Below, piece after piece: positions 57,059 through 64,000 of a stretch of 64,000 nt of DNA. This DNA comes from Candidatus Pacearchaeota archaeon (lineage in GTDB: Archaea > Nanobdellota > Nanobdellia > Pacearchaeales > GW2011-AR1), in contig JAWCQE010000004.1 of NCBI GenBank assembly GCA_038869895.1, positions 16,293 to 80,292 of the forward strand. The letters run 5' to 3'. The notes beneath the pieces are model-generated. The model was not told where the DNA came from. It did not search any database and worked only from the letters and a program-made list of their open reading frames with translations. Position 1 is the first letter of the stretch. Each line of letters begins with the position of its first letter. A program made the position numbers and the translations under genes.

Positions 57059-57713
57059 ACACCATAAGCCACGTAGTTATTGAGATTAATACTAATGTCA
57101 ACGCAATTGTCCATGAGTAATCTTCACGTTTTTTTGCTTCTTCTTTTTCCATTTCTTTGTAAATCATATAATTAAGAGAGAACATTATTACTCCAGATAT
57201 TAAAAAAATAATTATAGTAGCCTGTTTAAGATTATCATTGAAAAGCATAAAAGCAGTCATAGCTCCCATTAACCCTCCCATAAATCCAGCCATTAAACCT
57301 TCCATTATCCCCATAATTCCACAACATTTTCCATTTAATACTCCAAGAATAATTCCAACAGCTATTCCAAAAATACTTCCAATAAACATTCCATTTGTAG
57401 AAGCAATAAAAAAACCTGATAAAAATCCGGATATCATCCCAATTGTCATTCCAACCATCATTCCCGTCATGCATGGAAGTTCACAATAAGCTCTTACTTG
57501 TCTTATTACAGGAACGATAAGTGAATAACTTAATGCAACAAAAAATAAAGAAAAACCATAATTAGACATAAAATTCTCTATAAACCTAAATTTAAAATAA
57601 TATAAACTCCCAAGTATTGAAAATGAAGTAATTAAAGAATAAAAGATAGTTTTAATCAATTCTCCCTCTACTCTACTCCCGTTAAGTTCTTTGATGAATC
57701 TTTTTATTTTCAT
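57030..57713 (-). CDS. Gly/Met-rich polytopic membrane protein
   Basis: YCELPCMTGMMVGMTIGMISGF and repeated GxxxG/M-rich helices. Lies directly downstream of the Cu-ATPase. Confidence 0.5.
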   Translation of the reverse strand: MKIKRFIKELNGSRVEGELIKTIFYSLITSFSILGSLYYFKFRFIENFMSNYGFSLFFVALSYSLIVPVIRQVRAYCELPCMTGMMVGMTIGMISGFLSGFFIASTNGMFIGSIFGIAVGIILGVLNGKCCGIMGIMEGLMAGFMGGLMGAMTAFMLFNDNLKQATIIIFLISGVIMFSLNYMIYKEMEKEEAKKREDYSWTIALTLVLISITTWLMVYGPRSEIFG

Positions 57714-57740
57714 TTCAATCTCACTTACGATATGTATTTT

Positions 57741-59723
57741 TTATATTTTACTTCTTCTTAAAAGATTTGCATTTATAACGACACTTATAGATGATAGGGC
57801 CATTGCAATCTCTGCAACTAATGGATGCAAGACTCCTGCTACTGCCAATGGAATAGCAATAGTATTGTAGGCAAATGCCCAAAATAAATTCTGCTTTATT
57901 TTTATAAATGTTTTTTTAGACAAATTTACGGCTTCAACAACTCCCATCAACGAACCCTTCACAAGAACTAAATCTCCCGATTCTATTGCTATGTCTGTTC
58001 CTGAACCCATTGCAATTCCAACATTGCTTTGTTTTAGTGCAGGGGCGTCATTTATTCCATCTCCCACAAAAGCAACCATGTTCCCTTTCTGTAATTCTTC
58101 AACTTTTTTTGCCTTGCTTTCAGGAAGAACATTCGCTATAACATTTTTTATTCCAACCTGAGAGGCAATTGCCCATGCTGTCTTTTCATTATCTCCTGTA
58201 ATCATAAATGTTTTATATCCCATATTGTTAAGGATACCTATCGCCTTTTTTGAATCCTCTTTTACAGGATCTGAAACTGCAATTAACCCTATAACTTTAT
58301 TATTTTCAGAAACAATCATAGTAGTTTTTCCTTCAGATTCGTATTTAGATATTCTCTTTCCAAATTCTCTAAAATTAATTTTATTTTCATCCATTAAAAT
58401 TTTATTTCCGATTAATATTTTTTTATTATTTATTTTTCCTTCAACTCCTTTTCCTCTTAAAATTCTAAATCCCATAACTTTTTGATATTTTTTTAAATCA
58501 GCTTTTTTAACAATTGCTTTTGCTATAGGATGTTCGCTTAAATTTTCTATACTTCCAACTATTTTAAAGAAATCACTTTCATTTATTTTTGAAAAAACAT
58601 CGGTTACTTCCGGCATGCCTTTTGTAATTGTTCCTGTTTTATCAAAGACAATTATCTTTATCTTATTCATTGTTTGTATTGCTTCTCCTTTTCTTATTAG
58701 TATTCCCCTTTTAGCGCCCATTCCAGAACCAACCATTAATGCAATCGGAACAGCAAGCCCCAATGCACATGGACATGCGATTACTAAAACAGAAATAGCA
58801 ACTCCTAAAGACTTACTTAATTCACCGGAAAAAAACAACCACATAGTAAAAGAAAAAACTGCAACTAAAAGAATAGAAGGGACGAAAATGTTCGTCACTC
58901 TATCCGCAATTTTTTGTATTGGAATCTTCGTGCTTTGAGCCTCTTCAACAAGTTCGATTATATGTGCTAGGAAGGTTTCTTTTCCTACTCTTTCAGCTTT
59001 AACATATAAAATCCCATAATTATTTAAAGTAGCTCCTATAACTCTATCTCCTTTCACTTTATCAACAGGTAAGCTCTCTCCTGTCACTATTGACTCATCA
59101 ACAGAACTCTCTCCTTTAATGATAGTTCCATCAGTGGGAATTTTTTCTCCAGGTCTTATAATCATAACATCCCCAAGCTTAACTTCAGAAATATCAACTT
59201 CAAGTTCTTTATTCCCTCTTAAAATACGGGCTTTTTTAGCTCCGATTTCCATTAATTTTTTTATTTCATAACTTGCCTTTCCTCTTGCTTTAGTCTCAAT
59301 GTACTTTCCTGTAATAAAAATAGTCATAATCATACTTGAAACGCCAGAATAATCTTCAACAAACTGAAAATAACTGAACAATCCAGTCAAATACGCAATA
59401 AATGTTCCAAGAGCAATTAATGAATCCATGTTAAAATAAAAAGTGTAAAAACCTCTTAATCCCATCTTTAGTGTTTCAAATCCAAAGATAAATATAATTG
59501 GAAACCCAAAAATTAAAAAAATAGGGATTAAAAATTGTTCCGGAATAATGCTTATTTTAAGAACTCTTTCAAAAAACATTAAGATTAATATAGGAATTGT
59601 AAATATCCACGCCCCAATTAATTTTTTTCTCCATTTCTCTAATTCAATCTCTTCAAAATTTTCGTAGACCCTAGGATTATGCCTATGATTTCTTCTAGAT
59701 TTATAAGTCTCATAAGTATTCAT
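57741..59723 (-). CDS. copA: P1B-type heavy-metal (Cu+) transporting ATPase without an N-terminal HMA domain
   Basis: TGES, CPC ([11 protein letters not shown]), [21 protein letters not shown]. Confidence 0.9.
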   Translation of the reverse strand: MNTYETYKSRRNHRHNPRVYENFEEIELEKWRKKLIGAWIFTIPILILMFFERVLKISIIPEQFLIPIFLIFGFPIIFIFGFETLKMGLRGFYTFYFNMDSLIALGTFIAYLTGLFSYFQFVEDYSGVSSMIMTIFITGKYIETKARGKASYEIKKLMEIGAKKARILRGNKELEVDISEVKLGDVMIIRPGEKIPTDGTIIKGESSVDESIVTGESLPVDKVKGDRVIGATLNNYGILYVKAERVGKETFLAHIIELVEEAQSTKIPIQKIADRVTNIFVPSILLVAVFSFTMWLFFSGELSKSLGVAISVLVIACPCALGLAVPIALMVGSGMGAKRGILIRKGEAIQTMNKIKIIVFDKTGTITKGMPEVTDVFSKINESDFFKIVGSIENLSEHPIAKAIVKKADLKKYQKVMGFRILRGKGVEGKINNKKILIGNKILMDENKINFREFGKRISKYESEGKTTMIVSENNKVIGLIAVSDPVKEDSKKAIGILNNMGYKTFMITGDNEKTAWAIASQVGIKNVIANVLPESKAKKVEELQKGNMVAFVGDGINDAPALKQSNVGIAMGSGTDIAIESGDLVLVKGSLMGVVEAVNLSKKTFIKIKQNLFWAFAYNTIAIPLAVAGVLHPLVAEIAMALSSISVVINANLLRRSKI

Positions 59724-59840
59724 GTAATTTTTATCCTAAATATATTTATAAAAATAGGAATTATAATTCCAATTAAATCCTTATCCAGAACATAAATCTT
59801 TTCTAATCTTCCCTTTAAATTTTTAATTTTTTTTTCCATA

Positions 59841-60053
59841 TTATTCAACAGAAACCACTTTATATCCAACTCTCGCTACAGCTTTCTTAAGTTCTTCGTC
59901 ACTGACTTTGTCGTCGCATTCAACAATACCTTTTTTCGTCATCAGACTTACAGAACAATTTTTTACTCCAGGAATCTTTGAAATGCTTCTCTCAATATTT
60001 CCAGCACAGCTTGCACAATGCATGCCATATATGTTTAGTTTTCTTTTTTTCAT
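59841..60053 (-). CDS. copZ: HMA-domain copper chaperone
   Basis: GMHCASCAGNIE metal-binding loop. 70 aa with a ferredoxin-like pattern. Confidence 0.85.
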   Translation of the reverse strand: MKKRKLNIYGMHCASCAGNIERSISKIPGVKNCSVSLMTKKGIVECDDKVSDEELKKAVARVGYKVVSVE

Positions 60054-60054
60054 T

Positions 60055-60216
60055 TTAAATTTTTTTAAAATATAATGAATTTTTTGTTATTTTTAGATTA
60101 CATGATTTATACTTTTTACACCATCTTTCACATTCGTAAGCCTTTTTCTTATTTCTATATGCCAGTTTACACTCTCCACAATAATAACATTTATCCTTAC
60201 TCTCTTTAACTGCCAT
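60055..60216 (-). CDS. 53-aa Cys-rich protein (CxxCxxC...CxxxC), not in the ORF track
   Basis: Hand translation: MAVKESKDKCYYCGECKLAYRNKKKAYECERWCKKYKSCNLKITKNSLYFKKI. There is a 1-nt gap to the copZ start, and it begins 7 nt after the upstream gene's stop. Confidence 0.45.
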   Translation of the reverse strand: MAVKESKDKCYYCGECKLAYRNKKKAYECERWCKKYKSCNLKITKNSLYFKKI

Positions 60217-60222
60217 TTTATT

Positions 60223-60465
60223 TTAATTTTTTTGTAATTGTTTTATAAGCCATAATATCCAAAGCAAAAGTGCAATTATAACTAATATCCAAAAAACCAT
60301 CATAATTACCCACATAAAAAGCCAGAATATCATGTTATATCCAAACATCCAACCCATCATTCCCCCCGCCCCATCAAATCCAATAACCTCAAATCCTCCG
60401 AACATAAATAAGACTATGAGAACAACTATCACCAAAATTATAATAGTATTGGTATCAGTTTTCAT
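60223..60465 (-). CDS. small Met/Gly/Trp-rich membrane protein (DUF2078/COG3462-like)
   Basis: GAGGMMGWMFGYNMIFWLFMWVIMMVFWILVIIALLLWILWLIK. Its start overlaps the arsR 3' end by 11 nt. Confidence 0.5.
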   Translation of the reverse strand: MKTDTNTIIILVIVVLIVLFMFGGFEVIGFDGAGGMMGWMFGYNMIFWLFMWVIMMVFWILVIIALLLWILWLIKQLQKN

Positions 60466-60838
60466 TTTTACTACCCCTCTTCAATTTCATTTTTTTCAAT
60501 ATATGAATGCAGTTTTCAGCCATGTGTTTTTCAATTATTTCCATCAGAGGTTTTATTGTCTTTTCATTTAATTTATAATACCTATATTTCCCCTCAATTT
60601 CATAAACAACAAATCCGCAATTTTTAAGTCTTGAAAGATTATGTGATACAATCGTTTGGTCCATATTTAGTCCATACATTATTTCAGATACATTTTTTCT
60701 TCCTTTTCTTAATAAATTTATTATTTTAAGTCTTGGTCCTGAAACAAGAGTTCCAAAAAATATTTTATAAGCTTCATAAATTTCTTCTTCAAATATACCA
60801 TAATGTTTTGTATTATTTAATATGTTTTTATTTATCAT
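60455..60838 (-). CDS. ArsR/SmtB-family metalloregulator
   Basis: Winged HTH LKIINLLRKGRKNVSEIMYGLNMDQTIVSHNLSRLKNCGFV. First gene of the co-oriented metal cluster. Confidence 0.85.
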   Translation of the reverse strand: MINKNILNNTKHYGIFEEEIYEAYKIFFGTLVSGPRLKIINLLRKGRKNVSEIMYGLNMDQTIVSHNLSRLKNCGFVVYEIEGKYRYYKLNEKTIKPLMEIIEKHMAENCIHILKKMKLKRGSKNEN

Positions 60839-60906
60839 ATGATAGTTAAAAACATATGTATATTTAAAGATTTCTATATTATATTCTTACAAAATTTAAA
60901 AAAACA

Positions 60907-61554
60907 TTAATTTGACTTTCTTCTTGTTTCTTTCATTTTTTTTCTATAGAAAAAAATCAACAAACCTATAAGAAGAAAAGTTAATGCAAAATTTAAAAAT
61001 AAAATCTGATATTGAAAGGAAATTGTACCTACATAAGCTAAAATAAAAGAAAATGGGGTAATCCCAATTATTGTCGCTAAAGTAAAAGATTTTAATTTCA
61101 TTTTACTAAACAATCCTAAAAAATAGCTTAATCCATCAACAGGGACTACCATTCTTAGAAATACAACACTCCAAAAAATATGCTCTTCAGGTATAAGCTT
61201 TTCAAAACTATAAATTTGTTTCATTGGGAGAAATTTACTAACTAAAGGAACTCCATAATGCCTTGCAAGAAGAAATGCAATTACTGCTCCAATAGTCCAC
61301 CCAATTATATTTAATATCCCTGCCAGCTTCCATCCCCACAAGCTTGATGCAAGAGGGATTAAAGGAACAACACTTACAGGAGCAAGAACTATTGAGAGAA
61401 TCATAAGTAAAAGATAAATAACCATTCCATAAAAACCATAATCAAAATAAGTAGTTACACCTTCTACATCATTTTGAACAACATAGGACATAATTAAAAA
61501 AAATAGAATTATAATAAAAATATTAAAGAGTGTGTTTAATTTCGTCTTGTCCAT
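60907..61554 (-). CDS. TVP38/TMEM64 (DedA-related) family membrane protein
   Basis: VPLIPLASSLWGWKLAGILNIIGWTIGAVIAFLLARHYG signature. Polytopic. Confidence 0.75.
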   Translation of the reverse strand: MDKTKLNTLFNIFIIILFFLIMSYVVQNDVEGVTTYFDYGFYGMVIYLLLMILSIVLAPVSVVPLIPLASSLWGWKLAGILNIIGWTIGAVIAFLLARHYGVPLVSKFLPMKQIYSFEKLIPEEHIFWSVVFLRMVVPVDGLSYFLGLFSKMKLKSFTLATIIGITPFSFILAYVGTISFQYQILFLNFALTFLLIGLLIFFYRKKMKETRRKSN

Positions 61555-61775
61555 ATTATTCTAATATAATCCTAGTTTATATATTATAATAATCTCATAA
61601 AACATAATGAATAAGTTACATTTTTAAATTAAAATTTTGGCATTAAAAATAAAGTAAAATGCATGTATAAATTAAAGTCTATATAGATTAAAGATTAGCC
61701 AAATTAATTTTAATTGTAACTACTATTAAGTTAGACATAATCGAAAGATTTAAATACCATAAATTAATGTAATAT

Positions 61776-62630
61776 TTGATTAAAATGAGTTTAGAAAACA
61801 TAGTTAAAGAAGAAATAAAGGTACATGGAAATAGTGCCGGAGTATTGAAAAATTTAATTGAAAGAATAGAATCTAAAGAGGGAGTTACAGAGAGTGGAAT
61901 TTTCAATTTATCAAAAGACAGAGAATTAATAACCCTCATATTATCTTATTCAATACCTGAAGGTCAAGAACTATCAGAAGATCAAATTGAAGCGCTAAAA
62001 GAACTTAACTCAGATGAATTAACAAAAGTGCTTGTTAAATATCTTCCAAGAGCATATGAAGGAGCTTCTAAAAAAGTTAAAGAGAAAATTACTGGAAATG
62101 AAGAGGAAATAATCAATGAACTTAAAGGCACAGAATTATTGGAAGTTTTAGTTGAGACTCCATATAGTAAAAAAGAAGAAGATGCAAAATTTAAAAATAT
62201 AATCGAAGATGAAAATAAATACTATGAATGGAATTCAAAATATAATTCTGGGGAATTAGAGTATTACATTGAAAATAGTCATCCAATAATAAAAGAAATT
62301 TTTGAAAGAATAAATGATAAAAGAAAAAATGAGAAAATAAAAGAATATATGAAGAAACGTGTAGACTATCACAAATTAAGATATATCCTTAATTTTGTGA
62401 AAGATAAAGATGAATATATTAAAGGGAATAAAGAAAAAGACAAATCTAAGATTGATAATTCTCTTAATAATAACCTTCTAAAAGAATATCTTGAGTTTCA
62501 CATTAATAATTCAGAGGATAAAAAAGAAGAAATTTATGGAGGGCTTGGGATAGTATATTCTTCGCATTTAATTGAAAAGGAAAGAGAAAAAAATAAGGAA
62601 GAAGTAAAAAAAGAATATAATAACGCCTGA
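61776..62630 (+). CDS. hypothetical Lys/Glu-rich protein (284 aa)
   Basis: ORF only. Highly charged, with no motif. Confidence 0.4.
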   Translation: MIKMSLENIVKEEIKVHGNSAGVLKNLIERIESKEGVTESGIFNLSKDRELITLILSYSIPEGQELSEDQIEALKELNSDELTKVLVKYLPRAYEGASKKVKEKITGNEEEIINELKGTELLEVLVETPYSKKEEDAKFKNIIEDENKYYEWNSKYNSGELEYYIENSHPIIKEIFERINDKRKNEKIKEYMKKRVDYHKLRYILNFVKDKDEYIKGNKEKDKSKIDNSLNNNLLKEYLEFHINNSEDKKEEIYGGLGIVYSSHLIEKEREKNKEEVKKEYNNA

Positions 62631-63488
62631 TTATTTATTTTTAGTTATCAACCCATCTACAAGTTTTGCCATTACTCTCATAAATTCTTCTGTCTTATCT
62701 TGCCATTCTGAAATCTCATTACCTTTAAGCTCCCTAATTTCTCCATGTGCAATTCTTTTATGTAATACAAGTAAATCTCTAAACCAACTAACATAATTTA
62801 TTTTAAGCATTCCTTTGTCAACGAATGTTTCTTTTAAATCAAGAGGAATATGTTCAGGAGAAGGGGGCATCACATTCGCAGCCATCAATGCAGCCTGAGA
62901 TGAATCAACCATACACCAAAATAATCCTTCAATTGAATTTAAAGAAGAAAGTTTGCTTCTTTGAAAATGCTGTGGGGCTCTTTGGAGAGCCATAAAAATT
63001 GCTTCATAAGTTGAATGAATCCTTCCTTGAAGCAAAAGAGCTTTTATAGGATTAAAAAACCCCCCAATATCTATAAGCGCTTCTCCATATCTTAAAATAT
63101 TTATGATAGTAGGGTCTCCTTTCATTAAATCACCCCACCACGTTGTTATTTTTGTTGTTGTTATATGAATCTCTTTTTTATATCGATTCAAAGCAGCAAG
63201 TTTTCCAAGTTCTTCTCTATACCACGCAATTAATTCCTGGTCCCAATTAATTGATGCATCATCAATAATAATAATAATATCAATGTCAGAAGTTGATGTT
63301 GCAGTCTCTTTTGTTGTACTACCAAATAAAACTATCGCCTTTATAAGTTTATCAAATTTACCATATGCTTTTACTGCAAAGTCCATAGCTATTTCCTTGT
63401 CTGTTTTTAAATCAGGAGATAAAAAAGCCCTCTTCTTCGATTTTAATCTCGATTTTTTATGAACTTTTCGAATTTTTTTCTTTGTCAT
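62631..63488 (-). CDS. nucleotidyltransferase (Pol-beta/MNT superfamily) with helical C-terminal domain
   Basis: VLFGSTTKETATSTSDIDIIIIIDD gives GS...DxD. The C-terminal half is alpha-helical and HEPN-like, but a clean Rx4-6H motif is not evident. Confidence 0.65.
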   Translation of the reverse strand: MTKKKIRKVHKKSRLKSKKRAFLSPDLKTDKEIAMDFAVKAYGKFDKLIKAIVLFGSTTKETATSTSDIDIIIIIDDASINWDQELIAWYREELGKLAALNRYKKEIHITTTKITTWWGDLMKGDPTIINILRYGEALIDIGGFFNPIKALLLQGRIHSTYEAIFMALQRAPQHFQRSKLSSLNSIEGLFWCMVDSSQAALMAANVMPPSPEHIPLDLKETFVDKGMLKINYVSWFRDLLVLHKRIAHGEIRELKGNEISEWQDKTEEFMRVMAKLVDGLITKNK

Positions 63489-63554
63489 ATCACCTCAATT
63501 CTTTACATAAATAATATACAATCTTAATAGGTTAAAATTCTTTTTAAATGTTGC

Positions 63555-64000
63555 CTAAGCAAGAGGAGTTCCTGTTACCCTCGATGACTCTTTTCCAGGT
63601 ATCTGTCCGCTAAGTTCTTGAGGAAGATTTGCAAATCCTCTTCCATAAATTGAATGATGTATATCGGGATTTATTGTTCCATAACCTACAAAATAAGGAG
63701 CATAACCCCACGAAATTTGATTCCACCTTGGATCAAGCAAATCAGAAGTTACAGGAGAACCAAAAGCTTCAAGTTCATATTTAAATGGAGAAATTTGAAA
63801 ATGTTGATACCAATCTCCTGTTTCAATTGCCTTTGTAATTTTATTGAATTTATCCCCAAAAATCTTAGCAGTTTCTTTTAATGGAACATTTCCCATTCCC
63901 ATCGGAAGTTCTGTATGTTCAAATCCAAAATTATCAGAAAGATGTATATGTTTCAAGTATGGCTTAATTATTTTTGCTTCTTTAAGAATATCTTCTTTTT
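63555..64000 (-). CDS. xylose-isomerase-like TIM-barrel / AP-endonuclease-2-like protein, 5'-partial (runs off the window)
   Basis: The reading frame stays open from 63956 to the window end (…KKEDILKEAKIIKPYLKHIHLSDN). HIHLSDNFGFEHTELPMGMGNVP resembles the HxHxxD...G.G motif of that fold. Confidence 0.4.
   Translation of the reverse strand, partial: KEDILKEAKIIKPYLKHIHLSDNFGFEHTELPMGMGNVPLKETAKIFGDKFNKITKAIETGDWYQHFQISPFKYELEAFGSPVTSDLLDPRWNQISWGYAPYFVGYGTINPDIHHSIYGRGFANLPQELSGQIPGKESSRVTGTPLA

Noticed and set aside
60839-60906. Possible ArsR operator (palindromic ACATATGT at 60852..60859) upstream of the metal operon.
   Set aside because: An 8-bp A/T-rich palindrome is expected by chance in this composition. 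No extended 12-2-12-type inverted repeat was found.
1-64000. CRISPR arrays, integrases/transposases, rRNA genes, alternative genetic code.
   Set aside because: No regularly spaced direct repeats were seen, and no integrase or transposase motifs. There is no rRNA-like G+C-rich stretch beyond the three tRNAs. Long uninterrupted ORFs with the standard stops argue against stop-codon reassignment.

Overview
AT-rich (about 30% GC by eye), very gene-dense window that looks like a small-genome, DPANN-like archaeon. Supporting evidence: an archaeal RNA polymerase operon (rpoH-rpoB-rpoA), a KH-type NusA, archaeal-type TrpRS and GluRS, Elp3, a cupin-type PGI, archaeal TIM, an A1:U72 initiator tRNA and an intron-containing tRNA-Lys. 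About 75 features are supported.

Contents, left to right:
- Orphan Cas4-like nuclease next to an Lhr helicase.
- Tail-anchored diadenylate cyclase close to an RCK-gated CPA2 antiporter.
- tRNA-Arg whose 3' end is duplicated 1.85 kb downstream, bracketing a small integrase-less islet.
- Bacterial-style carbamoyltransferase/SxtJ-like/DUF5989-like module with SGNH and PAP2 genes.
- An msrA relic.
- Sugar-phosphate neighbourhood: pgl, rpe, rpiB, gnd, tpiA, tal/fsa, cupin pgi.
- Two secreted Zn-metalloproteases.
- Mannoside/glycosylation cluster: GH130, GT4 fusion, PMM, PMI cupin, PIG-L, GT4.
- Extremely Tyr/Gly/Ser-rich secreted protein.
- Receptor-like membrane protein with a degenerate cyclase-like cytoplasmic domain.
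- RNAP operon, then a bacterial-type nrdR-nrdA-nrdB operon with class Ic (Phe-for-Tyr) R2 signatures.
- Nine-gene ArsR-controlled copper/metal operon.

No CRISPR array, integrase, transposase or rRNA was seen.

Best candidates for something new:
1. An unsplit, compact rpoA (A'+A'' in one ORF) preceded by a 40-codon micro-ORF that exactly fills the rpoB-rpoA junction.
2. The roughly one-third-tyrosine secreted protein abutting the glycosylation cluster.
3. The receptor with a dead cyclase-like domain.
4. The tail-anchored DAC protein.
5. The extended copper operon, which has several uncharacterised small membrane or Cys-rich components, including an ORF missing from the track.

All functional calls come from motif recognition by eye. 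None has been checked against a database.
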